Shown here in pieces: positions 1-16,964 of a DNA stretch of 64,000 nucleotides (positions are counted from its first letter, which is position 1; each line of letters begins with the position of its first letter). The DNA lies in NCBI RefSeq assembly GCF_013315695.1, contig NZ_CP054353.1; one strand, written 5' to 3'. This stretch comes from Escherichia coli (GTDB lineage Bacteria; Pseudomonadota; Gammaproteobacteria; Enterobacterales; Enterobacteriaceae). The position numbers and the translations under genes are program-made. Under the pieces are notes generated by a model. The model did not search any database and was not told the origin of the DNA. It was given only the letters and a program-made list of their open reading frames with translations.

Positions 1-684
<684 letters not shown>

Positions 685-685
<1 letters not shown>

Positions 686-1266
686 TACAACTTCACCAAA
701 CCACTAAAGCCCATAAAGGCCAGAGACATAAGACCTGCGGTAATTAACGCAATGGCATTACCGCGAAAAGGTGCCGGGACATCAGCCACAGCAAGGCGTT
801 CGCGGATGGCGGCGAAGAGCACCATCACCAGCGAGAAACCGACTGCGGCGGAAAAACCGTACAGCGCTGACTGCAAGAAATTGTGCCCGAGATTGATATT
901 CAGCAACGCCACGCCGAGCACGGCACAGTTGGTGGTGATAAGCGGCAAAAAAATCCCCAGCAGACGGTAAAGTACCGGGCTGGTTTTGCGCACCACCATC
1001 TCGGTGAACTGCACAACCACAGCAATCACCAGAATAAACGCCAGGGTGCGCAGGTAAATCAGATTAAGCGGGATCAAAATCCACGTATCGATAAGCCAGG
1101 CGCAAATAGACGCCAGCGTCATCACAAACGTTGTAGCCAGCCCCATGCCCATCGCGGTTTCCAGCTTTTTGGAAACCCCCATAAACGGACAGAGACCGAG
1201 AAACTTGACCAGTACAAAGTTATTGACCAGTACAGTTCCGACAAACAGTAACAGGTAGTCAGTCAT
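685..1266 (-). CDS. rsxA: RsxA, integral membrane subunit of the Rsx/Rnf complex
   Basis: 193 aa hydrophobic [31 protein letters not shown]; overlaps the rsxB start as in the rsx operon. Confidence 0.93.
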
Positions 1267-1342
1267 TTTTCGGCCTGAAATAAAAAAGCCGCCTATTATC
1301 CGTTAATCCAGAGCAGGCGACAACAGGTTAACTGTAAGGTTA

Positions 1343-1807
1343 TTACGGATTCACAAACGTCGCTTTCACCCGCGACGAGCGTTTAAAATAGGGGACGATC
1401 AATGCGGTTGCCAACAAAGTAAACAGCAACTGGCGAACGGCTATGCCATCTTCTACGGGTGAAAAAGCGAACGCTTTTACTGCCAGCAATACGGAAATAA
1501 GCAGCCAGATAATATAGTGTTTAGGAACACAACGCCGACGTTTAAAGAAAGCGATGGTCAACCACAGTGTGTAATACCACATGGCGATAGCGGTAATAAA
1601 AGAAACGCCCCATAAGATTTGTGTCGTCAGTGCTTGTCCGCCGAGCGTTTGAAATGTTTGCGGAGAAGATAACGCAGCGGTATACAGCAACAACGCCAGC
1701 GTCGTACTTAACAGAGCGACTAAAAGCCAGGCCAATGGGCCAAGCAACCAGCCTCCAATACGTTGTGGCGTTGTGGTGGTCATAGGTTCTCCAGAATAGC
1801 GGCGCAA
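1343..1807 (-). CDS. ydgK: Inner membrane protein YdgK (DUF2569); true start may be the internal Met near 1783
   Basis: 154 aa hydrophobic ORF positioned between rsxA and cnu as in K-12. Confidence 0.8.
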   Translation of the reverse strand: MRRYSGEPMTTTTPQRIGGWLLGPLAWLLVALLSTTLALLLYTAALSSPQTFQTLGGQALTTQILWGVSFITAIAMWYYTLWLTIAFFKRRRCVPKHYIIWLLISVLLAVKAFAFSPVEDGIAVRQLLFTLLATALIVPYFKRSSRVKATFVNP

Positions 1808-1868
1808 ACAGGCAAATCTAATTTTAGGGGCGTTATTATAAGGCTTTTATAACCGATCGCTACTTTCT

Positions 1869-2084
1869 TTATTGGACATAGTGCCAGACGGACTTCGGTA
1901 CCTGGCCGAGGTCAAACAAACGCCCGCCAGAAACCAGCTCTGCGCGACGGTGATCGGCAGCACGATACATATTGATCAGTTCCTGATCATCCGTCAGAGT
2001 GTAATTAAGATGGTCGTAGAGTTTTTCCAGACTTTCGAGTGAACTGATTTTGCGAAATTTTAATAAGTAGTCCTGAACAGTCAT
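1869..2084 (-). CDS. cnu: Cnu (YdgT), Hha-family H-NS-interacting nucleoid modulator
   Basis: 71 aa [29 protein letters not shown], matching the Hha/Cnu family. Confidence 0.9.
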
Positions 2085-2356
2085 AAAAGGTCCATAAAAT
2101 AATTAATACCAAAGGAGTAGGTATTATTAGTGATGATAAAATTTCACCAAAAGTGAACGCGTGTGTTATTACAATAATAAGAATGCGCTGATGGCAAATA
2201 TTCAGAGATGAAAAACTGCTCTGAAAAGAGTAACGCGCTTTACTATCCCTGACAATCACCAACAACATCGAACAAGATAATAAATTCCTGGTTTAATATC
2301 CGACAAGTGAAAACATGCACCCGGACGGGCAGCATGTCGCTCTACAAGCGCAGAGC

Positions 2357-2482
2357 TTACTTGTGTTGAACCGTAGTACTCTGTTCAGGTGGCTGATAGT
2401 TGTCAATGTGACTCGCCACGCCAAGAAGAATGACTGAAACGACAAGAACGATCCAACCTGTTAATTCAATAAGACGATTCAT
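2357..2482 (-). CDS. blr: Blr, 41 aa small membrane protein (beta-lactam resistance / divisome-associated)
   Basis: Internal Met of the 66 aa track ORF gives MNRLIELTGWIVLVVSVILLGVASHIDNYQPPEQS, matching Blr; lies between cnu and ydgJ. Confidence 0.7.
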   Translation of the reverse strand: MNRLIELTGWIVLVVSVILLGVASHIDNYQPPEQSTTVQHK

Positions 2483-2724
2483 TACAGCCCACATCTCTGT
2501 TGATTGATCCATTAACTTCAGGGGGTAAATGTTACTTAGCAATAATAGCTCCAGCAAGATTTTTACTGAGGTTTTTGCGATATTTAGCTTTTGTCGTTGG
2601 AAAATTCGCTATTTTTTTGACTTAAGTTAAACAACATCCCTTATTGCTGGCAGGTTATTAAACTGTTGAGCGAGGGTAAAGGATAGTGTCAAATAGCCAT
2701 TATACTTCAATGAGAGGCAATGAC

Positions 2725-3765
2725 ATGAGCGACAACATCCGTGTTGGGTTGATTGGGTATGGTTATGCGAGCAAAACCTTCCATGCGCCACTGATTGCGG
2801 GCACGCCCGGGCTGGAACTGGCGGTAATCTCCAGCAGTGATGAAACAAAAGTAAAAGCCGACTGGCCAACGGTTACGGTTGTCTCTGAGCCGAAGCATCT
2901 GTTTAACGATCCCAACATAGACCTGATTGTCATTCCTACACCCAACGATACCCATTTCCCGTTAGCCAAAGCGGCGCTTGAGGCGGGTAAACATGTGGTC
3001 GTTGATAAACCCTTTACCGTGACACTGTCACAAGCGCGCGAGCTGGAAGCGCTGGCAAAAAGCCTGGGGCGTGTGCTGTCTGTATTCCATAACCGTCGCT
3101 GGGATAGCGATTTCCTGACGCTAAAAGGTTTGCTCGCGGAAGGCGTACTGGGTGAAGTTGCTTACTTTGAGTCTCATTTTGACCGCTTCCGTCCGCAGGT
3201 GCGCGATCGTTGGCGTGAACAGGGCGGTCCTGGCAGCGGTATCTGGTACGATTTAGCACCGCATCTTCTTGATCAGGCCATTACGCTATTTGGTTTACCG
3301 GTCAGCATGACGGTTGATTTGGCACAGTTACGGCCCGGAGCGCAGTCGACTGATTATTTCCACGCCATCTTGTCCTATCCGCAGCGGCGAGTCATTTTAC
3401 ACGGCACCATGCTGGCAGCCGCTGAGTCAGCACGTTATATCGTGCATGGATCCCGAGGCAGTTATGTGAAATATGGCCTCGATCCACAGGAAGAACGTCT
3501 GAAAAATGGCGAGCGTCTGCCGCAGGAAGACTGGGGCTACGATATGCGTGATGGCGTACTTACCCGCGTGGAAGGTGAGGAACGTGTCGAAGAAACGCTG
3601 TTGACGGTGCCGGGGAATTATCCGGCTTACTATGCGGCTATTCGTGATGCGTTAAATGGCGATGGTGAAAATCCGGTTCCGGCAAGTCAGGCAATCCAGG
3701 TAATGGAGTTGATTGAGCTGGGCATCGAATCCGCCAAACATCGCGCGACGCTGTGCCTTGCGTGA
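2725..3765 (+). CDS. ydgJ: YdgJ, Gfo/Idh/MocA-family NAD(P)-dependent oxidoreductase
   Basis: ATG at 2725 gives MSDNIRVGLIGYGYASKTFHAPLI (Rossmann GxGxxG); the track ORF start at 2686 is an upstream GTG extension. Confidence 0.9.
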   Translation: MSDNIRVGLIGYGYASKTFHAPLIAGTPGLELAVISSSDETKVKADWPTVTVVSEPKHLFNDPNIDLIVIPTPNDTHFPLAKAALEAGKHVVVDKPFTVTLSQARELEALAKSLGRVLSVFHNRRWDSDFLTLKGLLAEGVLGEVAYFESHFDRFRPQVRDRWREQGGPGSGIWYDLAPHLLDQAITLFGLPVSMTVDLAQLRPGAQSTDYFHAILSYPQRRVILHGTMLAAAESARYIVHGSRGSYVKYGLDPQEERLKNGERLPQEDWGYDMRDGVLTRVEGEERVEETLLTVPGNYPAYYAAIRDALNGDGENPVPASQAIQVMELIELGIESAKHRATLCLA

Positions 3766-3770
3766 AAAGA

Positions 3771-3799
3771 GGATGGTGCAATTAGCACCATCCATTTTT
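3771..3799. terminator. Bidirectional rho-independent terminator between convergent ydgJ and add
   Basis: GGATGGTGC-AATTA-GCACCATCC 9 bp stem followed by a T-run; A/T-rich on both strands. Confidence 0.6.
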
Positions 3800-3800
3800 G

Positions 3801-4802
3801 TTACTTCGCGGCTACTTTTTCTCGCAGTGCGCGTTTTTCCTCTGCGCTGAGGAAAGCCATTTCCAGACCATTAATCTGCGCCTGGCGGATTTGCTCGCGG
3901 GATAACCCAGCAGCCGGCGCGGCAACGGTATATTCGTGAATGATATCCACTCCCTGTACGCCGGGATCGTCAGTGTTAATGCTGGCACGAATGCCATGCT
4001 CAAGGAACGTTTTCAGCGGATGTGCCGCCAGCTCTGCCACGGTGCTGGTCTGAATATTGGAGGTCAGACAGGATTCAATACCAATTTGCTGCTCGGCGAG
4101 AAAATCCATCAGCGCCCGATCTTCAATGGCTTTTACGCCATGTCCAATACGTTCCGCCCCCAGTTCACGAATCGCCTGCCAGATGCTTTCCGGCCCGGCA
4201 GCTTCGCCTGCATGGACGGTAATATGCCAGCCCGCATCACGCGCGCGGTTGAACTGAGAAAGGAACAGACTTCCCGGGAAACCAAGTTCATCACCGGCTA
4301 AATCAAGTGCGGTAATCTGGTCACGGTGGGCTAAAAAGGCCTCCAGCTCTTGCTGACAGGCGGCTTCACCGAAGGTCCGGCTCATAATGCCGATAAGCTT
4401 CGCCTGCACACCAAAGGTGCGGCAACCTTCACGTACGCCATCGATCACCGCTTCGACAACACCCGCTACAGGCAGCTGATGTGCCATTGCCATGTAGCCC
4501 GGTGAAAAACGCAGCTCGACATAGTGCAGGCCGTTACGGGCTGCATCTTCAATGTTTTCAAATGCCACGCGGCGGCAAGCATCAAGAGAGGCGAGAACTT
4601 TAACGCCCCAGTCAAGTTTAGTCAGAAAGCTCACCAGATCGGGTTCGTTGGCAATGACCTGAACGTGGGGAATCAGTGTTTCCAGGGATTGTGCAGGAAG
4701 CGAGATATTATACTGGCGGCCAAGTTCAAGAATGGTCTGGGGACGAATGTTGCCATCAAGGTGGCGATGGATATCAGTTAATGGCAGGGTGGTATCAATC
4801 AT
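3801..4802 (-). CDS. add: Adenosine deaminase
   Basis: 333 aa ORF starting [28 protein letters not shown] (metal-binding HxH motif); typical Add size. Confidence 0.95.
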   Translation of the reverse strand: MIDTTLPLTDIHRHLDGNIRPQTILELGRQYNISLPAQSLETLIPHVQVIANEPDLVSFLTKLDWGVKVLASLDACRRVAFENIEDAARNGLHYVELRFSPGYMAMAHQLPVAGVVEAVIDGVREGCRTFGVQAKLIGIMSRTFGEAACQQELEAFLAHRDQITALDLAGDELGFPGSLFLSQFNRARDAGWHITVHAGEAAGPESIWQAIRELGAERIGHGVKAIEDRALMDFLAEQQIGIESCLTSNIQTSTVAELAAHPLKTFLEHGIRASINTDDPGVQGVDIIHEYTVAAPAAGLSREQIRQAQINGLEMAFLSAEEKRALREKVAAK

Positions 4803-4870
4803 GGTCGCACTCTTTTTCTGGATATAAAAGTGCGCACCATTATAAAAACAAAGCAGGGTAAAAATCCACG

Positions 4871-4900
4871 ATTGCGCAACGATTTTTTACGTTGCGCAAT
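4871..4900 (-). terminator. Putative malY terminator hairpin
   Basis: ATTGCGCAACG / CGTTGCGCAAT inverted repeat just downstream of the malY stop. Confidence 0.45.
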
Positions 4901-4905
4901 TGGGG

Positions 4906-6078
4906 TTAACGAACAGCGCGGATGGCGTTAATTAATCCAGCCACACCTTTTTCCAGTTTCGAACGCGGGCACCCGGCATTGAGTCGGACAAAACCACGAC
5001 CTTCTTCACCGTAGGTATATCCCGGCATGATCGCGACCTTCTCTTGCTCGATAAGCGCTTTTTGCAACGCGTTGTCGTCAATATTCAACGGACGTAGATC
5101 AATCCAGGCCAGATAAGTGGATTGCGGGATCTGCCAGTTGAGTTCAGGGAACGCGGCGTTCATTTTATCTGCGATATATGTCAGGTTATCTTTCAGATAG
5201 ACGCGTAAGGCATCCAGCCACGGCGCGCCTTGCTGATAGGCGGCGATATGGGCAGTTAACGCCAGTACTGAAGGGGAAGAAAGGCCATCACGTCCTTTCA
5301 GTGTCGATAAATAGGCATCACGGCTGCTGCTATTTTCTATAATCCCGTAAGCACCGGTCAGGGCGGGAATATTGAAACTTTTCGATCCCGACGTTAGCAA
5401 TGCCCAGTCTCCGCGCGCCACATTACTCCAGGGAATATGCGGCTGCTCGCCCCAAACCATATCCATATGGATTTCATCGGAAATAACCCGCACACCATGA
5501 CGCTCGCACAGGTCAGCCATGATCTCCAGTTCATCGCACGTCCACACTTTCCCGGTAGGATTCTGTGGGCTACACAGGAGCATAATTTTACATTCTGGTT
5601 TCGCCAGCACGGCTTCCAGCTTGCCCATATCGCAAAACCAGCCGTCAGCCTGCTTCTCTAAAGCAACGGGCATTACTGTGCGCTGGTTACCTTCAATGGC
5701 CTTGTAAAATGCGTCATAGGCGGGTGTGTGGATCACCACGCCTTCACCTGTTTCAGACCACTGACGAATCAGTTCTGAAACCATATAGATAACAGAAGGG
5801 CCATACACCACCGACTGAGGATCGATGGCGGTGTAATGCTGGGTGGAAAACCAGTGGGCAATAGCCGCGAGAAACTCATCGTTTTTCCAGCGGCTGTAGC
5901 CAAACACGCCGTGCATCAGACGCTGATTCAGCGCCTCGATAATGCAGGGGGCAGTGGCAAAATCCATGTCTGAAATCGTGAACGGTAACAGGTCAGCAGT
6001 GCCGAAACGGTCGGCGACATAATCCCACTGCGTACACCATGTGCCATGACGATCCACGACCTTTGAAAAATCGAACAT
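4906..6078 (-). CDS. malY: MalY, PLP-dependent cystathionine beta-lyase and MalT antagonist
   Basis: 390 aa ORF of aminotransferase class I/II type; position downstream of malX. Confidence 0.93.
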   Translation of the reverse strand: MFDFSKVVDRHGTWCTQWDYVADRFGTADLLPFTISDMDFATAPCIIEALNQRLMHGVFGYSRWKNDEFLAAIAHWFSTQHYTAIDPQSVVYGPSVIYMVSELIRQWSETGEGVVIHTPAYDAFYKAIEGNQRTVMPVALEKQADGWFCDMGKLEAVLAKPECKIMLLCSPQNPTGKVWTCDELEIMADLCERHGVRVISDEIHMDMVWGEQPHIPWSNVARGDWALLTSGSKSFNIPALTGAYGIIENSSSRDAYLSTLKGRDGLSSPSVLALTAHIAAYQQGAPWLDALRVYLKDNLTYIADKMNAAFPELNWQIPQSTYLAWIDLRPLNIDDNALQKALIEQEKVAIMPGYTYGEEGRGFVRLNAGCPRSKLEKGVAGLINAIRAVR

Positions 6079-6087
6079 ATCTTATCC

Positions 6088-8883
<2,796 letters not shown>

Positions 8884-8943
8884 TCCTCTCTTTATCTGCT
8901 ATACCTGGTAGTGTCCTTTCCTCAAGGTTAATGATAAAAAATG

Positions 8944-8970
8944 TGGCACACAGGCGGTGCCTTTTATTTT
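8944..8970 (+). terminator. Rho-independent terminator after malI
   Basis: GGCAC-ACAGGCG-GTGCC hairpin followed by TTTTATTTTT. Confidence 0.55.
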
Positions 8971-8994
8971 TACTGAAGTTCACAGGAGGTTTAT

Positions 8995-9762
8995 GTGTTT
9001 AATTCTGACAACCTGAGACTCGACGGAAAATGCGCCATCATCACAGGTGCGGGTGCAGGTATTGGTAAAGAAATTGCCATTACATTCGCGACAGCTGGCG
9101 CATCTGTGGTGGTCAGTGATATTAATGCCGATGCAGCTAATCATGTTGTAGACGAAATTCAACAACTGGGTGGTCAGGCATTTGCCTGCCGCTGCGATAT
9201 TACTTCCGAACAGGAACTCTCTGCACTGGCAGACTTTGCCGTCAGTAAGCTGGGTAAAGTTGATATCCTGGTTAACAACGCCGGTGGCGGTGGGCCTAAA
9301 CCGTTTGATATGCCAATGGCAGATTTTTGTCGCGCTTATGAACTGAATGTGTTTTCTTTTTTCCATCTGTCACAACTTGTTGCGCCAGAAATGGAAAAAA
9401 ATGGCGGTGGCGTTATTCTGACCATTACTTCTATGGCGGCAGAAAATAAAAATATAAACATGACCTCCTATGCCTCATCTAAAGCTGCGGCCAGTCATCT
9501 GGTCAGAAATATGGCGTTTGACCTGGGTGAAAAAAATATTCGGGTGAATGGCATTGCGCCGGGGGCAATATTAACCGATGCCCTGAAATCCGTTATTACA
9601 CCAGAAATTGAACAAAAAATGTTACAACACACGCCGATCAGACGTCTGGGCCAACCGCAAGATATTGCTAACGCGGCGCTGTTCCTTTGCTCGCCTGCAG
9701 CCAGCTGGGTAAGCGGACAAATTCTCACGGTCTCCGGTGGTGGGGTACAGGAGCTCAATTAA
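8995..9762 (+). CDS. hdhA: 7-alpha-hydroxysteroid dehydrogenase (SDR family)
   Basis: 255 aa ORF from GTG start, MFNSDNLRLDGKCAIITGAGAGIGKEIA; TGxxxGIG and YxxxK motifs. Confidence 0.9.
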   Translation: MFNSDNLRLDGKCAIITGAGAGIGKEIAITFATAGASVVVSDINADAANHVVDEIQQLGGQAFACRCDITSEQELSALADFAVSKLGKVDILVNNAGGGGPKPFDMPMADFCRAYELNVFSFFHLSQLVAPEMEKNGGGVILTITSMAAENKNINMTSYASSKAAASHLVRNMAFDLGEKNIRVNGIAPGAILTDALKSVITPEIEQKMLQHTPIRRLGQPQDIANAALFLCSPAASWVSGQILTVSGGGVQELN

Positions 9763-9982
9763 TACACTAACGGACCGGTAAACAGCCGTATGTGTTGTTT
9801 ACCGGGATAAACTCATCAACGTCTCAGCTAAATAACTGGCAGCCAAATTACGGCTATTGGTTAACCAATTTCCGAGTGAAAAGTATACGAATAGAGTGTG
9901 CCTTCGCACTATTCAACAGCAATGATAGGCGCTCACCTGACAACGCGGTAAACTAGTTATTCACGCTAACTATAATGGTTTT

Positions 9983-10573
9983 ATGATGGATAACATGCAG
10001 ACTGAAGCACAACCGACACGGACCCGGATCCTCAATGCTGCCAGAGAGATTTTTTCAGAAAATGGATTTCACAGTGCCTCGATGAAAGCCATCTGTAAAT
10101 CTTGCGCCATTAGTCCCGGGACGCTCTATCACCATTTCATCTCCAAAGAAGCCCTGATTCAGGCGATTATCTTACAGGACCAGGAGAGGGCACTGGCCCG
10201 TTTCCGGGAACCGATTGAAGGGATTCATTTCGTTGACTATATGGTCGAGTCTATTGTCTCTCTCACCCATGAAGCCTTTGGGCAACGGGCGCTGGTGGTC
10301 GAAATTATGGCGGAAGGGATGCGCAACCCACAGGTCGCCGCCATGCTTAAAAATAAGCATATGACGATCACGGAATTTGTTGCCCAGCGGATGCGTGATG
10401 CCCAGCAAAAAGGCGAGATAAGCCCAGATATCAACACGGCAATGACTTCACGTTTACTGCTGGATCTGACCTACGGTGTACTGGCCGATATCGAAGCGGA
10501 AGATCTGGCGCGTGAAGCGTCGTTTGCTCAGGGATTACGCGCGATGATTGGCGGTATATTAACCGCATCCTGA
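9983..10573 (+). CDS. uidR: UidR, TetR-family repressor of the glucuronide (uid/gus) operon
   Basis: 196 aa ORF with TetR-type N-terminal HTH; located immediately upstream of uidA. Confidence 0.9.
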   Translation: MMDNMQTEAQPTRTRILNAAREIFSENGFHSASMKAICKSCAISPGTLYHHFISKEALIQAIILQDQERALARFREPIEGIHFVDYMVESIVSLTHEAFGQRALVVEIMAEGMRNPQVAAMLKNKHMTITEFVAQRMRDAQQKGEISPDINTAMTSRLLLDLTYGVLADIEAEDLAREASFAQGLRAMIGGILTAS

Positions 10574-10730
10574 TCCTCTCTCTCTTTCCGCGGGCTGGTG
10601 ACAACTGAGCCCGCGTTTCATATCGTAATTTCTCTGTGCAAAAATCATCCTCCCCGGGATCGGAGAATCCCACCTAAATATTCATCATAGCAATATATCA
10701 TGAGGGTTTATCGTTCCCAATATGTTCGAA

Positions 10731-10740
10731 CGAACGTTCG
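10731..10740. promoter_or_regulatory. Perfect 10 bp palindrome CGAACGTTCG in the uidR-uidA intergenic region, candidate operator
   Basis: Palindrome seen directly; operator assignment is inferred from position upstream of uidA. Confidence 0.3.
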
Positions 10741-10962
10741 ATTGCTTATTTTGCGGCTTCTGTCAACGCTGTTTTAAAGATTAATGCGATCAATATCACG
10801 CTGTGGGTATTGCAGTTTTTGGTTTTTTGATCGCGGTGTCAGTTCTTTTTATTTCCATTTCTCTTCCGTGGGTTTCTCACAGATAACTGTGTGCAACACA
10901 GAATTGGTTAACTAATCAGATTAAAGGTTGACCAGTATTTTTATTTTAATGAGGAGTCCCTT

Positions 10963-13838
<2,876 letters not shown>

Positions 13839-13853
13839 GGTAATGACTCCAAC

Positions 13854-14357
13854 TTATTGATAGTGTTTTATGTTCAGATAATGCCCGATGACTTTGTCAT
13901 GCAGCTCCACCGATTTTGAGAACGACAGCGACTTCCGTCCCAGCCGTGCCAGGTGCTGCCTCAGATTCAGGTTATGCCGCTCAATTCGCTGCGTATATCG
14001 CTTGCTGATTACGTGCAGCTTTCCCTTCAGGCGGGATTCATACAGCGGCCAGCCATCCGTCATCCATATCACCACGTCAAAGGGTGACAGCAGGCTCATA
14101 AGACGCCCCAGCGTCGCCATAGTGCGTTCACCGAATACGTGCGCAACAACCGTCTTCCGGAGCCTGTCATACGCGTAAAACAGCCAGCGCTGGCGCGATT
14201 TAGCCCCGACATAGCCCCACTGTTCGTCCATTTCCGCGCAGACGATGACGTCACTGCCCGGCTGTATGCGCGAGGTTACCGACTGCGGCCTGAGTTTTTT
14301 AAGTGACGTAAAATCGTGTTGAGGCCAACGCCCATAATGCGGGCTGTTGCCCGGCAT
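13854..14357 (-). CDS. insB: IS1 InsB (expressed as an InsAB' fusion by -1 frameshift)
   Basis: 167 aa ORF overlapping the insA 3' end in the -1 frame; IS1 transposase core. Confidence 0.9.
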
Positions 14358-14551
14358 CCAACGCCATTCATGGCCATATCAATGATTTTCTGGTGCGTAC
14401 CGGGTTGAGAAGCGGTGTAAGTGAACTGCAGTTGCCATGTTTTACGGCAGTGAGAGCAGAGATAGCGCTGATGTCCGGCGGTGCTTTTGCCGTTACGCAC
14501 CACCCCGTCAGTAGCTGAACAGGAGGGACAGCTGATAGAAACAGAAGCCAC
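14276..14551 (-). CDS. insA: IS1 InsA
   Basis: 91 aa [43 protein letters not shown], matching IS1 InsA. Confidence 0.93.
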
Positions 14552-14606
14552 TGGAGCACCTCAAAAACACCATCATACACTAAATCAGTAAGTTGGCAGC
14601 ATCACC

Positions 14607-15310
14607 TTCGTGATGAAGGGGTGTATAACAGCCAGACGGGAAAATACGATAAACATCGCGCACGTTCTTTTTTAGCCGCCAGTTGGCATGATGATACCAG
14701 TCGCTATTCTCTGGGGGCATCGGTACAGAAAGATGTTTCCAATCAGTTACAAAGTATTCTCGAGAAAAGCATACCGCTCGACCCGAATTATACGTTGAAA
14801 GGGGAGTTGCTCGGCTTTTACGCGCAACTTGAAGGTTTAAGTCGTAATACCAGCCAGCCCAATGAAACGGCGTTAGTTAGTGGACAATTGACCTGGAATG
14901 CGCCGTGGGGAAGCGTATTTGGCAGTGGTGGTTATTTGCGCCATGCAATGAATGGTGCCGTGGTGGATACCGACATTGGCTATCCCTTTTCATTAAGTCT
15001 TGATCGTAACCGTGAAGGAATGCAGTCCTGGCAATTGGGCGTCAACTATCGTTTAACTCCGCAATTTACGCTGACATTTGCACCGATTGTGACCCGCGGC
15101 TATGAATCCAGTAAACGAGATGTGCGGATTGAAGGCGCGGGTATCTTAGGGGGTATGAACTATCGGGTCAGCGAAGGGCCGTTACAAGGGATGAATTTCT
15201 TTCTTGCTGCCGATAAAGGGCGGGAAAAGCGCGATGGCAGTGCGCTGGGCGATCGCCTGAATTACTGGGATGTGAAAATGAGTATTCAGTATGACTTTAT
15301 GCTGAAGTAA
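14607..15310 (+). pseudogene. uidC: C-terminal fragment of the outer-membrane glucuronide porin UidC; 5' part missing at the IS1 junction
   Basis: Open frame starts at the IS1 boundary; 229 aa beta-rich fragment; position between uidB and ydgA. Confidence 0.7.
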
Positions 15311-15319
15311 GAAAAAAAT

Positions 15320-15346
15320 GCCGGAGAGAAAAATCTCCGGCGTTTT
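15320..15346. terminator. Bidirectional terminator between convergent uidC and ydgA
   Basis: GCCGGAGA-GAAAAA-TCTCCGGC hairpin followed by GTTTT. Confidence 0.6.
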
Positions 15347-15355
15347 GGCTGTGAA

Positions 15356-16864
15356 TTACTGCTGCGGAATAGCGGGTACAGCCGGAACGTTTAATGCCGG
15401 CATCGCAAACATCCCAACAAAATCTTCCAGTGGCATTTTCTGCCCGTTTAACGTGATCTGACCGTTAGCATATTGCAGGCTGGTGGTGATGGTATTGTCC
15501 TGCAAGGTGGTCAGGCGGAACATCTGCCCCATTGCTGACGCACCTTCAACTTGCTGTTTCGCCAGTTTTTTTGCTTGATCTTCCTGATAACCTTCCAGCT
15601 TCGCTACCTGAGTCATAAACTCAGTTGCCATATCCACCGGAATGGTCAGTTTCGCATCCAGAGATTTAACCGAGCGGTCTACTTCCTGCGCCAGCGTTTG
15701 CGGCGCTTCTTTAGTCGTTGCCGGATCTTTCAGGAACAGCGACAGATTCAGCGCACTTTCACCCTGACTGTTTTTCCAGCTTAGCGGCGCGATAGTAATC
15801 ACCGGATCGCCTTTCAACATCAGCGGCAGGGCGCTAAAGAAGGCTTCCGTCACTTTCTCCTGATAAAGTTCGGGATTGTTGGCAATTTCTGGCTGTGCCA
15901 GCAGCGCCTGAGTTTGCGCGTTATATTGCTGGCTAAACTGATGCCAGGCTTCACCATCAATCTGGCCGACTTTTAAAGTCAGCTTGCCGCTGCCTAGATC
16001 CTGATTCTGTACCTTCAGGCTGTTTAGCGAGTAATCCAGTTGGCTATTGATCGTTTTACCGTCATTGACCAGATCCGATTTACCGCTGATCTCCATGCCT
16101 TCCAGCAGTGCCAGTTCTTTGCCTTCCACTGAAATGGTCATTTTTTCCAGTGACAGTTTTTGGTTTCCTACGCGCTCACCAAAACTTGCCAGCGTGCTGG
16201 AACCGTCGGTTTTCAGATTATTAAAGGTCAACTGCACTTTCTGGTTGTATTCGTTAACTGCGTCTATCCGACCACTTTGCGCCTCCCCGGAAAGGGAGAT
16301 AGCTTTGCCGTCTCTGTCCGCATTTAACTGGAACTCGCCGCCGCTAAAGGCGACTTTTTCATCCTTTTGCTCGTAATTCAGTGGCTTGAGCGAAATATCG
16401 GAACTGGAATCTCCGCTGTAACCAATGCGGGAGTTAATCTCAAAAGGCGTTTCACCTTTTGCCATATCAAACAGTGGCTTGCTAACTTCGTTATTAACCA
16501 GCGTGGTTTGAATTGATGCCATCGACGGGAGCAGGTTCAGTTTTTTTAGCTGGGCAAGGGGGAAGGGACCATGATCAACCGATTCGTTGAAGATGACGCT
16601 CTGACCGCTTTTAATCCACGGATTTTCTTTCCCGGCAATGGGTTTCACCAACAGTTGCAATTGGCTGCTGAATACGCCGCGATGATAGTTTTGATAACTC
16701 ACTTCCAGGTTGGATTCAGGAGCGGTCAGTTTGAGTTGCGCGTTCGCCTGCGCGACCATCTCTTCGAGATGGGTTTCAATCTTCTTGCCTGTATACCATG
16801 CGCCGCCTGTCCAGACTACGCCTAGCGCAACAATGACGCCTACCGCTACCAGCGATTTATTCAT
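15356..16864 (-). CDS. ydgA: YdgA, DUF945 periplasmic/membrane-anchored protein
   Basis: 502 aa ORF with N-terminal signal-anchor MNKSLVAVGVIVALGVVWTGGAWYTG. Confidence 0.88.
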   Translation of the reverse strand: MNKSLVAVGVIVALGVVWTGGAWYTGKKIETHLEEMVAQANAQLKLTAPESNLEVSYQNYHRGVFSSQLQLLVKPIAGKENPWIKSGQSVIFNESVDHGPFPLAQLKKLNLLPSMASIQTTLVNNEVSKPLFDMAKGETPFEINSRIGYSGDSSSDISLKPLNYEQKDEKVAFSGGEFQLNADRDGKAISLSGEAQSGRIDAVNEYNQKVQLTFNNLKTDGSSTLASFGERVGNQKLSLEKMTISVEGKELALLEGMEISGKSDLVNDGKTINSQLDYSLNSLKVQNQDLGSGKLTLKVGQIDGEAWHQFSQQYNAQTQALLAQPEIANNPELYQEKVTEAFFSALPLMLKGDPVITIAPLSWKNSQGESALNLSLFLKDPATTKEAPQTLAQEVDRSVKSLDAKLTIPVDMATEFMTQVAKLEGYQEDQAKKLAKQQVEGASAMGQMFRLTTLQDNTITTSLQYANGQITLNGQKMPLEDFVGMFAMPALNVPAVPAIPQQ

Positions 16865-16886
16865 AATGATTATCCATAAAATGAAA

Positions 16887-16907
16887 TCAGGCGGACTGGC
16901 CGCCTGA
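16887..16907 (-). terminator. Putative manA terminator
   Basis: TCAGGCGG-ACTGG-CCGCCTGA hairpin with a T-run on the minus strand. Confidence 0.45.
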
Positions 16908-16964
16908 AGGTGTTATAAGCCTTTAATAAGCTTAGCAAGAGATGTTAATTTTTTCAGTAAGCTC

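Larger units (their letters stand above)
13839..14606 (-). mobile_element. IS1 copy 1 (768 bp), no target-site duplication
   Basis: Termini GGTAATGACTCCAACTTATTGAT ... ATCAGTAAGTTGGCAGCATCACC; insA/insB inside; flanks CGGCGTGCG and TTCGTGATG differ. Confidence 0.93.
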
